Source: Zygnema circumcarinatum SAG 698-1b
Taxonomy: Eukaryota > Plantae > Zygnematophyceae
Length of the DNA stretch: 64,000 nucleotides
Reading direction: 5' to 3'
NCBI GenBank assembly: GCA_037447605.1
Contig: CM074807.1
Location: 496,001 to 560,000, forward strand
In this document: positions 1 through 12,428 of the stretch, in pieces
Numbering within the stretch: the first letter of the stretch is position 1
How the letters are laid out: each line of letters opens with the position of its first letter
The notes under the pieces: generated by a model
Databases searched by the model: none
What the model was told of the DNA's origin: nothing
The model's input: only the letters and a program-made list of their open reading frames with translations
Translations under genes and position numbers: made by a program

Positions 1-575
<575 letters not shown>

Positions 576-748
576 TCTCTCTATATATATGCACATATAT
601 ATTCAAATTAGTGGTTACAACATGCGATCACCTCTGTTTGAAACTTTGTTTGTGAAGCTACTTAACTTAATCGAGGCTGGCCTTCTCGATCCTTTATGGT
701 TGATCCTGTTAATGAAGTAAATTAACTTAATCGAGGTTGGTCTTCCAG

Positions 749-2224
749 AGTCCGAGTGAGCAAATCGCCGCTGCGATGTCCAATCCGGCGCGGATGATCG
801 AACGGACGAGAGTCAAATTGGGAACGATGGAGGTAAAATATCTAATTGAAATTTGTCCCCATTTTTTTACTGGGTTTTTAGGTTATTTCAGGTTTTGGGG
901 TTCTTGGGGGTTTTCTTTCTGGAAAGATATCGCTTCTGACTAACCCCACAAGCTGTTTTTTCCTGAATCCTAGGTCTAATTATGAATAAAAAAGCAAAAA
1001 AAAAAAGCCTTTCTCTTGGAAGCAATATGCCTGTCTTGGCTTGTTTCATGTCACGAGACTGCTGTGTTTTTTTTAATTTTATTTTTTTCCTTTTTTTTGC
1101 CCCTTTCTATGCGGAACAATCTCCTCGAATCCAAATTCAATTCAGAATTCGATCATAACTTTTTAATCATACTGTTTTTCAAAAAATGATTGATTCCGTT
1201 GTAGGTCAAAGGCGGCGTTTCGAACGGTGATGATGATGATGATGTTGCTGCATCATCAGGTGATGTTGAGACATACGATGATGCAGACTTCTACGAGCAG
1301 CTCTTGAGAGAGTTTTTGGAGTCCTCAGATCTCAACGCGCTCGGTGAGTACTACGGAGAGAGTGAGAGAGAGGGAGAGATTGAGATAGAGAAAGAGAGAA
1401 AAAAAGTTAGAGAAAAAGAGAGGGAGAGTGAGAGAGGTCGACTTTATTGAAGGGATAAGTTGATTTGACTTTATCGAATAGGGTTTTCACACGTTGTCAC
1501 GTTCCATGTGCCAGGTCAGTTCCGCAGTCAGTTGCGTCCCTTTCCATGTTCGTGGTTTTTCTAAAAAGGGGAATGATTGATTGATTGCCTTTTGAGTTCT
1601 TTTCTTGGGAGGAAAAAGTGGTGATAGTCACTGAGGGGTTTCAGACTTGGAAAATCTATTATGGGATCGGTTTTGAAGGCAGTACTTTTTGCTTTTTTCA
1701 TTTCACGAGAAAGCGAGTCCTGATTTCGAATTCCAGAAGTTGGAAACGTTGCCGAGTCTGAGTCCCCCTACTGTTTTTGGGTGGCAGGGGGGTCCGGTTT
1801 CTATGCTGTGCGGAAGCTCCGGAACAGTAAGAAGAAAGTTGTGGACAGGAGAGCTTCAAAGGGAAGAAAGATCAGGTGGGCTGGTGATGTTCTGCATGCT
1901 GTGCATCACTTTTCCGGTTGTTATGTCACGGATGTTCGCAGCCCACTTGGTTATGTCTTGCATGCCACAACTAAACAAACTTTACCAACTTTTGTTTGTA
2001 AAGCATTTCGAAGTTCTATGCGTGGGGGTGTGATGTTGTACGAGAGTGATGTAGCGCAGCAATGGTGATGTTGAGCCGTGTGCTGTCACGGATGCAGGTA
2101 CACAGTGATGCCGAAGCTGGTCAACTTCATGGCGCCGGAACCCATGAGCGTTCCTCCCATGGCGGAGAGGCTGTTGGGGACTTTGTTTGGGCAGAAAGGG
2201 GAGGAGAGGGAGGGCCCGCTCTAG
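749..2224 (+). CDS. AATF: AATF/Che-1/BFR2 family protein (TRAUB domain), 3' exons only; the 5' part lies outside the window
   Basis: GT-AG exons ~749-832 (SPSEQIAAAMSNPARMI), 1205-1343 (ETYDDADFYEQLLREFLE), 1788-1875 (KKKVVDRRASKGRKIR), 2098-2224 (YTVMPKLVNFMAP...stop). Phases join in frame. DDxDFYxQLLxE and VDRRASKGRKIRY..KLVNFMAP are AATF/Bfr2 hallmarks. Confidence 0.92.
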
Positions 2225-2757
2225 CGTGAGAAACACGAAATCATCATCATCTTCTCTCTCTCTCATCATCATCTCTCCCCCCCTCCCCCCCCTCTCTCCC
2301 TCTCTCCCTGGAAGAGGCGTGCAACAATGAAATGATGAATTATGTCATTATGAGCCGTCTGAGCTTCGTTGTGAATGCGATTCAACTTGACGGGGGCACC
2401 CCATCAAAACAAATCAAAGTGAACGAATTATGATCGTCATCGATCGTGATCCTTTTGAATGAACAAACGATCAGAAAGAGAGATCTGAATCTCGCAACTT
2501 GACGGAGCAAGGATTGCACAGAACCATTGGTTTGAACACAATCAGTTTGAACACCATCATGAAGCCGCCCTTCCATATGCCTCTAAAGTCTGTCAAAGTG
2601 CCCCTAATTGTGCCCCCTAAACTTTCCAGTCTGCCCCTTATGTTCCCCCTACTGTACATATCAAACTGATGTGCTCTAATGTCATGTTCAAAAGCTTAGG
2701 GCCTCAATCAGAACACAACTCAACCCACCTTTACAAATGGAATACAAAAAAATAGGG

Positions 2758-3690
2758 TTAGGGTTCGCAAGGTTCCAAAGGCTCCACAGTCAATCGGAGA
2801 GCAGGCTCGGCCAGCGTCACGCTTCCTTCTCCCGCCCCTAACTTCTTCGACTGCTCCCTCCGCCATTCAGTCTTTATGTTCTTAATGTCTTGAATTATCA
2901 ATAGCGGATTCTGTAAAGCATCCAAGATATCTCTGGACGGCGTTTTCTTGTTCTTTTCCAGCATCTCGTAGATCAAAGTGCGCTGCTCCGAAGAAATACT
3001 GTCTTTCCGAATTTGAGGAAACCGCCGCAGATCTTGCTGCCCATGATTGTGTCTTGGATTGTCGACTACCAAACGGAAGACATCTTTGCTATAACGTTTC
3101 CGTCGAACGGTTGCTTTGAAGGGACACTCAGTACAGCGAGTCCCTCTCTTTCTTTGGCCCGGACCGCCCCTTTGCCTGTTCTTGCCTCTCGTTCTCAAGG
3201 TGCCGCCCAGAGCACACTGCACATCTATCCTCCTGACCATGCCTCCCTTCAAAGGGTCTGTGAATGATCGTTTTCGAGTGACAGCAAATCCTTCACTCAC
3301 TGCAAACCGCTGAAGCTCTTCAAAGGCGTCTTCCGCCGTCGGAAACGTTTTCTGTGTTGTGACAGGTGCAGGTCTTATCCATACTTCGTAATCCTGCTTT
3401 AAATTCATCGTAAGAAAAACAAAACCGGGATGGGGGGATTGGGATAAGGAAAAAGCCTTCAGACATGCTCTCTTTTTGCCTCTTGTTGTTTTCAGACGCA
3501 GCCGAGCAGATTCATTGGACTCATTCAAAAAAAAAAATGCACCAAAAAGGGCCATCATAAAGCCTTCGAATGCACGCATGCATACCTTCCCCGGCACCCT
3601 TGAATCGCTCGTCAATGGCTGTAGCCTGTTCCGCTGTTCGATTTCTGACTGAAACTGCAACGCCTGCCCTTCAAAAAACCTCCACAGCAA
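2758..3690 (-). CDS. MULE/FAR1-type (WRKY-GCM1 zinc finger) DNA-binding protein without DDE domain, copy A
   Basis: Main exon ~3393-2758: FAVSEGFAVTRKRS...QCALGG...RCTECPFKA...NPRHNH (CxxC...HxH) followed by an HTH-like PSRDIL...IIQDIKN. Upstream exon ends at donor ~3586 (gggaag|gtatgc); acceptor aagcag|gattac. True start codon unresolved. Confidence 0.8.
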   Translation of the reverse strand: MLWRFFEGQALQFQSEIEQRNRLQPLTSDSRVPGKVCMRAFEGFMMALFGAFFFLNESNESARLRLKTTRGKKRACLKAFSLSQSPHPGFVFLTMNLKQDYEVWIRPAPVTTQKTFPTAEDAFEELQRFAVSEGFAVTRKRSFTDPLKGGMVRRIDVQCALGGTLRTRGKNRQRGGPGQRKRGTRCTECPFKATVRRKRYSKDVFRLVVDNPRHNHGQQDLRRFPQIRKDSISSEQRTLIYEMLEKNKKTPSRDILDALQNPLLIIQDIKNIKTEWRREQSKKLGAGEGSVTLAEPALRLTVEPLEPCEP

Positions 3691-4859
3691 AACTCAGACG
3701 CTGAACACAACAAACGATAGCATAGCAAACCCTACGAACTGCAGCATTCAAACCCTAAAAAACACATCTTTCCAAACCCTAACATCATAAACACACAACC
3801 CTACATATCCTCAGCCTGGCTCTCCACCATTTCCACCATTCCCACCATTCCCTGCTTCGTCACCGCCACAATCATTCCCATAGATCATTTGCATAGAATG
3901 GCGCTCACCCTCTCACTGGACGACTCCATTCCCGGGCAGTCACCACCATTCCTGCTCTCAGGAAGAAAGAGGGGTGGGGGGGGCAGGCAGCAAGGACAGG
4001 GCGACAGTTGCCGGCAGCTTTCCTGCCGGTGAGACCCCCTAATCACCGGTCGGATACGATACGCCGACGATATTGACGATACTCAAAAGAACAGAGTTAA
4101 ATCTTCAGGTATCGTATGGCCCTCCATTCAAATTTCAAAAATTAAAAATGATATCATCCAATACGAAGCCGCCACGTCGCAGAAAGGACTGTTTTATCCG
4201 TATCGGGTGTCATACGGTATGGTACGATTGGCGGCCGGCCAAAGCGAAAGCGTCCCCAAGACCTGCTGGTTACCACCGATACGCTGGCGATAGGGCGATA
4301 TATCACAGTACGGCCGGAAAAGACGAGCCCGCCCGCCCTACCGCACCCAATGCGGCAGCGCCACGTGGCACGGAACTCAGTGTACGGGCAGATTTGTCCG
4401 GCTCGTCGCGTCACCGCCTCCTGATTGTTGGGCGCCCTTTTGCGCTGTGGACATGACCTCTTTGGGGTGTGTACGAACCGGTGGCATGACCCCAGTGACG
4501 ACGTGACAATGACATGATGTATGGGATGTGTATGTATACGAGTTAATATGTCACAAACTGTGCTCCATGTGAGAAATTTCCGTGAAGCAATAATGCAGCT
4601 GAGGAGTTCCATGTTGATCCTGCTTGTGCTCTTAGCAGAGTTTTGGTTCTGTGCTTTCAGTGCTCCCTAACAGAAACCTTAATCATCAAAACCCATAAAA
4701 CCATACAAATCTAGAACCCATATTCCGCATGAAAAAAATACAGTAAAAAGTTGCCCCATGAAATGAATCCAAAGACTTCTTATTGCTCAACAACTATCCC
4801 CATTTCAGTTCAGAAAACAATGACTAAAAAACAGCTCAGTTCAAGCATCATCCCTCTCC

Positions 4860-4894
<35 letters not shown>

Positions 4895-4904
4895 NNNNNN
4901 NNNN

Positions 4905-4940
<36 letters not shown>

Positions 4941-5102
4941 TTTGAAGTCCCCAAAGATGTGGTTCTAACTCTCCCCTTCCTCTGTACATATCGTACCGAT
5001 GTGCATATAGCCTCGGCCTTTCTCCAAACCCAATTCAACGGAGGGTCTAGACTATGAGCACCACCCAACTAGCTATGCTCACAAATTGAATACAACCACA
5101 GC

Positions 5103-6091
5103 TCAGTGCTCCTTGAGACTTAAGAGCTCTAAGGGCTTCCTCTCAGAGAGCGGTGCAGGCTCAGCCACAGTAACATCCCCTCCCTCCCCCCTCCCTCCCC
5201 CTCCTCCTGCCACTACCTCCCTCCCTCCCCCTCCTCCTGCCCCTCCCTCCCTCTTCATCTTCCCCTTCCGATGATCAGCTCTCAAATTCCGAATGTCTTG
5301 GGCAGTCAAAAGGGGGTTCTGTATGGCGGCTAAGACCTGCTGAGAAGGAACATTTTTGTCAAAGAGCTCACTGATCAAAGCGCGCTGCTCTGAAGTAATG
5401 CTGTCCTTGCGAATGTGAGGGAAAAGACGGAGGTCCTGCTGCCCATGATTGTGCCTTGGATTGTCAATTACAAGACGAAAAGTTTCAGTATATCGCACCC
5501 TCCGAATGGTGGCCTTGAAGGGACATTCAGTGCAGCGAGTGGTCCTCTTCCTCTGCCCCTTCCCTCCCACCTCCCTCCCTTTGCGTCTCGACCTGAGCTG
5601 CCCCCCCAAAGCACACTGAGAGTCTATCCTGCGCATGACTCCTCCTCTTGAAGGGTCTGTGAAGGTTCGCTTTCGAGTAACAGCAAACCCTTCACTGACT
5701 GCAAAGCGTTGAAGCTCTTGAAAGGCATCGTCCGCCTTATGCCACGTCTTATAACATCCTGTCACAGGACCGGGCCTGATCCAAACTTCGTAATTCTGCA
5801 TCGCAGATAAACAGAAGAAGGTCATGAATTGAGAAGCACGTTCATACTCACTGCAGATATTACCTCACACTTTCAGAAGGCCTAAGCAGTAGACCAATGA
5901 ACGCATATGGAATCAAATCAAACCCTAAAAAAAAAAAAGTACTTTCGTACCTTTGGGGGCGCCGCTGGGCCTTTCCTTGATGACTGAAGCCAGTTTTGTT
6001 CTCCGTTTTCTGACTGTAACTGTAACCCCTGCTGCCTCCACACATTCCCATAGAAAAGGCCATCTCCTGCATTCACGGGAAGCTCCTCCAT
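5103..6091 (-). CDS. MULE/FAR1-type DNA-binding protein without DDE domain, copy B (tandem paralogue)
   Basis: Exon 1 6091-5951 (MEELPVNAGDGLFYGNVWRQQGLQLQSE...PPK|gtacg) splices in phase 0 to exon 2 5795-5103 (NYEVWIRP...RCTECPFKA...NPRHNH). Roughly two-thirds identical by eye to copy A over the core. Confidence 0.82.
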
Positions 6092-6795
6092 ACCAAGCTC
6101 TACCAGAGCCCTAAAACATCAACCTTCTCAAACCTTCAGACGACGAAACCCTAATTTTTCTTCCTCTTCATTAGCATTTCGCAATCAAAGGAGAAGGAAA
6201 TTGACTCACCCTTTCATTTGAAGCCTCCATATTTACTCAAGTACAGCTCTAACATTCCTCCCTAGAACGCAGAGAAGTGGGTATGAGCACAGAGAGAGAG
6301 AGAGAGCGAGAGAGAGAGAGAGAGGGCTGTGCGCACCGCTGAAGAGAATGGTTGGTGCAGATAACGCCAAATCCGCCGGCCGGCATCCACCGGCGACTTT
6401 TGCCGGTCATATCCGATACGGCGACAATATAAAATCGTATAAAAACGGTGCAATACGATACGATACGTTGTAGATCCCTGGATATCTTTTGAATGTAGCG
6501 GACATGCAGTTAGAGTACAGTAACTCCCAATTTGACCGTACGGTACCGCTGTACGGATTGTTTTTAGGGTTGACGAGGGAGATATTAGGGTTATTTTGAA
6601 ATGTAAAAACCCTTCCAAAAACAAATTGAAAGAACAAGAAGAGGGAAGATGGAGGCTCTTGGGTGAGTTTTGCGGTTTTTTAGGATTTTTCTTGGTTCAG
6701 GGTCGGAGGTCAGGTCACGGTTTTGGAGTTTGGGGGCTTAAGGTTTTAGGGCCTTATAGGGTTTACTAAAATGAAGGACGTCCGCTGATGATGCC

Positions 6796-9700
6796 ATGGC
6801 GGCTCGCAAAACTCCAGCGCTCATCATCTCTCTCTCTCTCTCCCCCTCTCCCTCTCCCTCTCTCCTCTTTCCATGCCAACTCCTCCGCATGCCCCATGCA
6901 GTTATGCAACACAGAACTCTGAAGCCTATTTTCAGAAACCCTAATTCTGCAAACCCTAATTTCTCAAACCTTAATGTTGCAAAATTTAGTTTGAGGAGCC
7001 TTCATTTCTTTAATCTTAATTTGACAAACGTCCAGCTCACAAACCATAGTTTCGCAAACACTAATTGTACATCTCTGCGACGACTTCGCTGCTCCGGAAG
7101 TCATTACGATGAAGTCGACGCCTCGACGTTCAATGATGAGTGCAAGGATATAAGGCGCCCAGAAAAAGAAGAAGAAGATTTTTTAGACAAAATAAGTTCT
7201 GGCGATAATGAAGATGAAGTCGTGCACACCCTACAGGGGCAAACCATTGTAAGTGCTAAAAATGTCAACCCATTTCATGAATCTGTTGTGTCCTTCACCT
7301 CCCTCCCTCCCCCCCCCTCCACTCCCCTCCTCCCCTTAATTCCCCTGCCCTCCCCTCCCTTCTCCTTCCCTCTCTCCCCGCCCTCCCTTTCCTCCCCTTC
7401 CCCCTCTCCCTCTCCTCCCTTCCCGCCCTCCCCTCCCTCCCTTTCCTCCCCTTCCCCCTCTCCGTTTCCTCCCTTCCCTCCCTTCCCTCTCTCCCTTTCC
7501 TCCCCTTCCCCCTCTCCCTCTCATCCCTTCCCTCCCGCCCCTCCCTCCCGCCCCTCCCCTTCCCCCTCTCCCTTTCCTCCCTTCCCTCCCTCCCCTCCCT
7601 CCCTTTCCTCCCCTTCCCCCTCTCCCTCTCCTCCCTTCCCTCNNNNNNNNNNCTCCCCTCCCTCCCTTTCCTCCCCTTCCCCCTCTCCCTCTCCTCCCTT
7701 CCCTCCCTTCCCCCTCTCCCTCTCCTGCCTTCCCTCCCTCCCATCCCTCCCTTCCCCTTCCCTCTTCCCACCCTAAGCTGTTGTTTTCAAAGTGCTTCTT
7801 CCAGGGAAGTCTGGCCGGAGGTCTATATCTCGTCGCTACTCCGATCGGCAACTTAGAAGACATTTCCTTTAGGTCCTCAATCTGCTCCTTCCTCCTTTGC
7901 TTTACACATACCCATGCATGCTATTTCACAGCATGAGAATCATATTCCTCTCGAGCATCTTTGATTGAATATTATTTTTCACTTTAATTTCCGAGTTCAA
8001 TCTTAGAGACATACTTAAAATTGAGTTGACTTGCAGGGCTATTCGCACACTAAAACAAGTCACTCTTATTTTAGCTGAAGATACGCGACATTCCGGGAAG
8101 CTTCTCAACTTCTATGGAATCCGAACACCAGTGGTGAGCACGGAGTTTTCAGTCTAATTATTCGCTCTTATTTTCTGTTTTATTGCTTTTTTAAATATTT
8201 ATAATTTTTTCATGTTTGGAGTTCCAAGGCTATATTTCAAACGATTTTGCAGTTTTCTAATCTTCAAGTTTTGGGATTTTGCATGCAGATAAGCTATCAC
8301 CAATACAACGCATCCGCCAGAAGAGCCTCTTTGATTTCTCGACTTCAAAACGGAGAAGCTTTGGCTCTAATCAGTGATGCCGGAATGCCGGGAATTAGCG
8401 ATCCCGGGGCAGATCTGGTGAGACTTCAAGCTCCCTTCCAAATTAACTTANNNNNNNNNNCGGGGGGACGGGGGGACGGAGGAGGGGGGAGGAGGAGGAG
8501 GGAGGGAGGGGGGAGGAGGGAGGAGGAAGGAGGGAGGAGGAGGGGTGAAGATGGAGGAAGGAAGGAGGGAGTAGGAAGGAGGGAGGAGGGAGAAATAACA
8601 ATCAAAAAAATTCCCCTCCCCCATTTGTCAGATATGACGTCACGGCTGCTGACGTGGCAAGGGTGCCAGGTGGCAGCCTGTGCAGAGAACAGCGTGGCGG
8701 TAACTGCAATCCCTGGTCCATGTGCCGTTGTGGCGGCAGTTGCAGTCGCCGGATTCCGTTCAACGGAATTCACGTTCTGTGAGTCAGTTCTGCTGTCAGT
8801 AGCCTTCGCATTGAACGCTCTCTCTGTGCTCTATGTTGTAGTTCAGTTAATCTATGTTTCTCCAATTTTGCGCATGGATCCATCTAAATAGCTTTACTTA
8901 TTAGAGAAGAATATCTAATGGATATAAGAAGCTAACTTGCAGCTTCCCTTTCTCTCCCTCTCCCTCCCTCCTTCCCTCCCTCCTTTTCTGCACCTTCCTT
9001 TCTCTCCCTCTCCCTCCCTCCCTCCCTCCCTCCCTTTCTGCACCTCCTTTCTCTCCCTCTCCCTCCCTCCCTCCCTCCCTCCCTCCCTCCCTCCCTCCCT
9101 CCCTCCCTCCCATTCTGCACCTCCCTTTCTCTCCTCTCCCTCCCTCCCTCCCTTCCTCCCTTTCTGCACCCCCTCTTTCTATCGTATCCTTATTTCATTT
9201 CTGGGTTTGTTCTTGGCATTTGTGTGCTCTTCCTTAGTGGGTTTCTTGTCCGAAAAAACGAGTTCTCGGAAGCGAAGGTTAGCCATGGCGGCTGCGGAAC
9301 GCCCATCTCAAGTAAGCCCATATCCTCATCTCCTCATTTGAAACCTCCCAAAAGAAGAAAGATGAGGGAGAATGCCTTTTGTTTTGTGGGATTTAAAGAC
9401 CATTTAAGTACTGAAGAAAGTTGCTATCTTGACCCCTTCTTTTTGGAGCATCTGCAGGTGCTCTATGTGGCCCCTCACAAGCTGCTCAATACCCTGCAGG
9501 ACTGCGTTGTCGCATTTGGAGGAGAGAGGTCTCTCCCTCTCTCCCTCTCACTCTCTCTCTCTCTCTCTCCCCTCAACCTACCCTCTCCCATCGGTCACTC
9601 TCATTTCCTCTCCCTGAGCGAAACAGACCCATCTATGGATCGGTCATCTGATATCTTTTCTGTTCTGATTTTTAAATTTTCGTATACTTCTCTGAGTTGC

Positions 9701-10464
9701 ACCTTGAGTTTTTCCTTTCACTGGGAGGGCTCAGACGCTGCCTTGTCGCTCGAGAACTTACAAAGCTGCACGAAGAGGTGCCAATCTGTAAATACTTACT
9801 TTCTTCCATTCATTCTTCTGAACGAGAAAAACTTGCAATATGCAGTCACGAGTCACCTTTCCCCTTCATAGCGGCTGCCATCAAACCCATGAAAGAGAAC
9901 ACCCCAATCCCTTGAATTCTTTCCATTTCACCCTCACTCTATCCAATGTTAACCTTTCCAAGCTTACACTTCCTCCCCCCCTCTCTCTCTCTCTCCCTCT
10001 CTCTCTCTCTCTCTCGCTCTCCCTCAGCTCTGGCGAGGGAGCCTCTCTGAGGCAGCCTCTCACTATGAGAGATGTGCCCCTCGAGGGGAGGTGACCCTTG
10101 TGATTGAAGGGGCGGAGAAGCTCGCGGCGGAGGACGAGTGGAGAGAGGAAGACATCGCGGAACGCCTCCGGGACCACCTTTCACACGGACACTCCGTCTC
10201 GGAGGTCCTTGACTTGACTTGACTTGACTTGACTTGACTTGACTTGACTTGACTTGACTTGGGTTGACTTGGGTTGACCTGGGTTGACTTGGGTTGACTT
10301 GATTGTGGGATTGATTGGCTGACATGGCGAGGTTTGGGGGGGGGAGGCAGGCGTGCAGGAGGGTGGTGCAGGAAACCGCGCTGAGGAGAAACCACGTGTA
10401 CCCCATCGCCCTCAGAGTGGCGGCGGCGGCCCAAAACTCGGCCAATACTGGGCCTGCGGGCTGA
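6796..10464 (+). CDS. rsmI: RsmI-like 16S rRNA (cytidine1402-2'-O)-methyltransferase, tetrapyrrole methylase family, probably organelle-targeted
   Basis: Exons ~6796-7248, 7805-7872 (GLYLVATPIGNLEDISFR), 8037-8133 (AEDTRHSGKLL), 8289-8417 (LALISDAGMPGISDPG), 8670-8778 (IPGPCA), 9238-9311, 9458-9528, 9735-9777 (RELTKLHEE), 10028-10204 (RGEVTLVIEG), 10351-10464. Long transit-peptide-like N-terminus; the start could alternatively be ~6889. Confidence 0.93.
7290..7775. repeat. Imperfect C/T-rich low-complexity tract (rsmI intron 1) containing a gap
   Basis: Repeating cttccc/ctcc units with 10 Ns. Confidence 0.9.
10205..10300 (+). repeat. (GACTT)n pentamer followed by (GGGTTGACTT)n decamer microsatellite filling the last rsmI intron
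   Basis: About 10 perfect gactt units, then four gggttgac(t/c)t units. Confidence 0.95.
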
Positions 10465-12428
10465 GGAGCCCTTCTAGAAGCGCAGCTCATAATGATAATG
10501 ACAATAATAATAACAATATTAACAATAGCAAGAAGAATAATGTGGGGCCGTTTCACAGTGGGGTCATTTCAATGGGTTTTTTTGTTGCATCTGGTGGTCA
10601 ACTTTTTTGAACGAATCGACGACTTCGCAAGTCTCCTCCATTGTTGGTTTGTTATTTCCAAGATGCCTCGATTTGGAACTCTTTCCGCCAGGTCAGATCT
10701 CAAAGAACAAAATAAAACAAGTCTTCACAAGTGCTGCTTTATGCCGAGGCATGGCCTCCATGTGGGGCCTATGTTTGGCTCAGGGCATGCATGAAAACAA
10801 TGTTGCAACTTGCATCAACGCGAGTTCACCAAGTACTCTCGGACCGAATCACGCGTGTGATCGACGGTAGATCCACACCGCAGACTCGTCCAGGACCCCG
10901 TTCGACCGTCCGATGTGTCACGTGGACCATTTTGAACAGTACTGAACAAAACCTGACAGACGTTTCATGTGTGTACCGTACAGTTATGAAAAGTTAGATA
11001 TCACGGAACTGTCAGGGGCGCATGTGTATCCGAAGTCCTGGGACTTCAAAAAGTCCTGAACGGCTCATTTTCGAACTTGCAAGAGGCGCCATGGCGGCGG
11101 AGGAAGGTCCTGGCCATGGCGGCAGAGGAGAGGGAGGAGGAGGTTTCTGGAGAGGGAGGGAGGAGCAGCAGGAGGAGGAGGTAGGAGGGGTTCTGAGGGA
11201 GAGGGGTGATGGAAAAGGGAAGGGGGGAGTGAAGAGTGAGGGAGGGAGAGAAGGGAGGGAGGGAGAGGGTGAAGGGGAGAGGGAGTGAAGAGGGAGGGAG
11301 GTAGGGAAGGAGGGAGGGAGGGAGAGGGTGAAGTGGAGAGGTGAAATCTGAGAGAGAGGCGGAGAGAGAGATATGTGATGAATCTAAGGAATGAGTGAAG
11401 GAGGGGATGGGGACCAAGAACGGGAGAGGAGGGAGGAAGCGAGTGAGGGCAGGAGGAAAGGGCAGGTGGAGTGAGGGAAGAAAAGGAGGTGAGAGAGAGA
11501 GGGAAAGTGGGAGGGAGATGGAGGTAGGGAGGGGCAGGATTGAGGCACTCTAGTTCAATGCGAGACCGAAGTTAAGGCTTTGTATTTAAGCGAGAGGACT
11601 GTCTAGAACCTTGGGTTGAGATCATTTGTGATGATTAGGGTTCAGATCATTCGTGATGAATAGGCTTCAGATTTCAATCTCAGGTTTCGGAGGATGAAGT
11701 TGCTGAAATATAGAGAAGATCGAAATGCTGCGACTTATTTGATGGAATACCGAGCTTGTGATTATCATTTGAGAGGAAAAAATAGGGAGCAGAAGCATTT
11801 AAAAAATTTCTTTCACTGTTTAGTATTGATTGCTCTGCTCCAGGAAAACCCAAAGTCTCCTCTTTTCACTAGCGGCACTCTAGAAGATCAAGCAGCACTG
11901 TTTTCCAGCTCTATTTCTGAACCTCTCAATCGGGGCGCATAGAATTGCGTTTCCCCTACAACTATCTGATCCCTCTCCACCCCTTCGTCTTCTCCCTTCC
12001 TGCCGCTTTCACTCTCCCCATCTTCCTCTTCCTTCTCCTCCCCCTTTCGTTCCGCACTCCTCCCCCAGTCTCCTACTTTTCCCTCCCTCGCCCCTCTCGT
12101 CTCTTTCCTCTCCCTCGCTTCCTCCGACTTCCCCACTCTGTTGCCCCCTTTCTCTCCTTGCAGGACTAAAATTTCACCAAAAGCCATAGAGTTCCTCCCC
12201 TGGCCTCTAACTATTTGCTATTCTTAGTGCTAACCAGCCCTTGATATATTACCTTGTTATTAAAGTGCTGTTAGAGAAAATCAAAACAGTACACTGTATC
12301 TTCCCAACACAGTTATTGTGTTTTTTAATTTCAGACCAAGTGACCAAAATGAACCGTGCATACCATAAAACTGACACAAAGATTTTGTTTCCACTCTTTT
12401 CTGGCCCTATTTGTAGCCCAATTTCTCC

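Noticed and set aside
4861-4942. Long poly-C tract (also poly-G at ~59702-59760) suggesting G-quadruplexes
   Set aside because: Both abut 10-N gaps; lengths are unreliable and probably assembly artefacts
2758-5825. Interpretation as active Mutator transposons
   Set aside because: No DDE domain, SWIM finger, TIRs or TSDs found; ORFs stop after the DNA-binding region
10205-10300. Regular short repeats (also 21500-21570) as possible CRISPR-like arrays
   Set aside because: No unique spacers; plain tandem repeats in eukaryotic introns
11046-11417. Minus-strand ORF with gccgccATGG starts (MARTFLRRHG...)
   Set aside because: Very short once the CT-rich part is removed, with no supported downstream exons; better explained as the complement of the GA-rich leader of the fucosyltransferase gene
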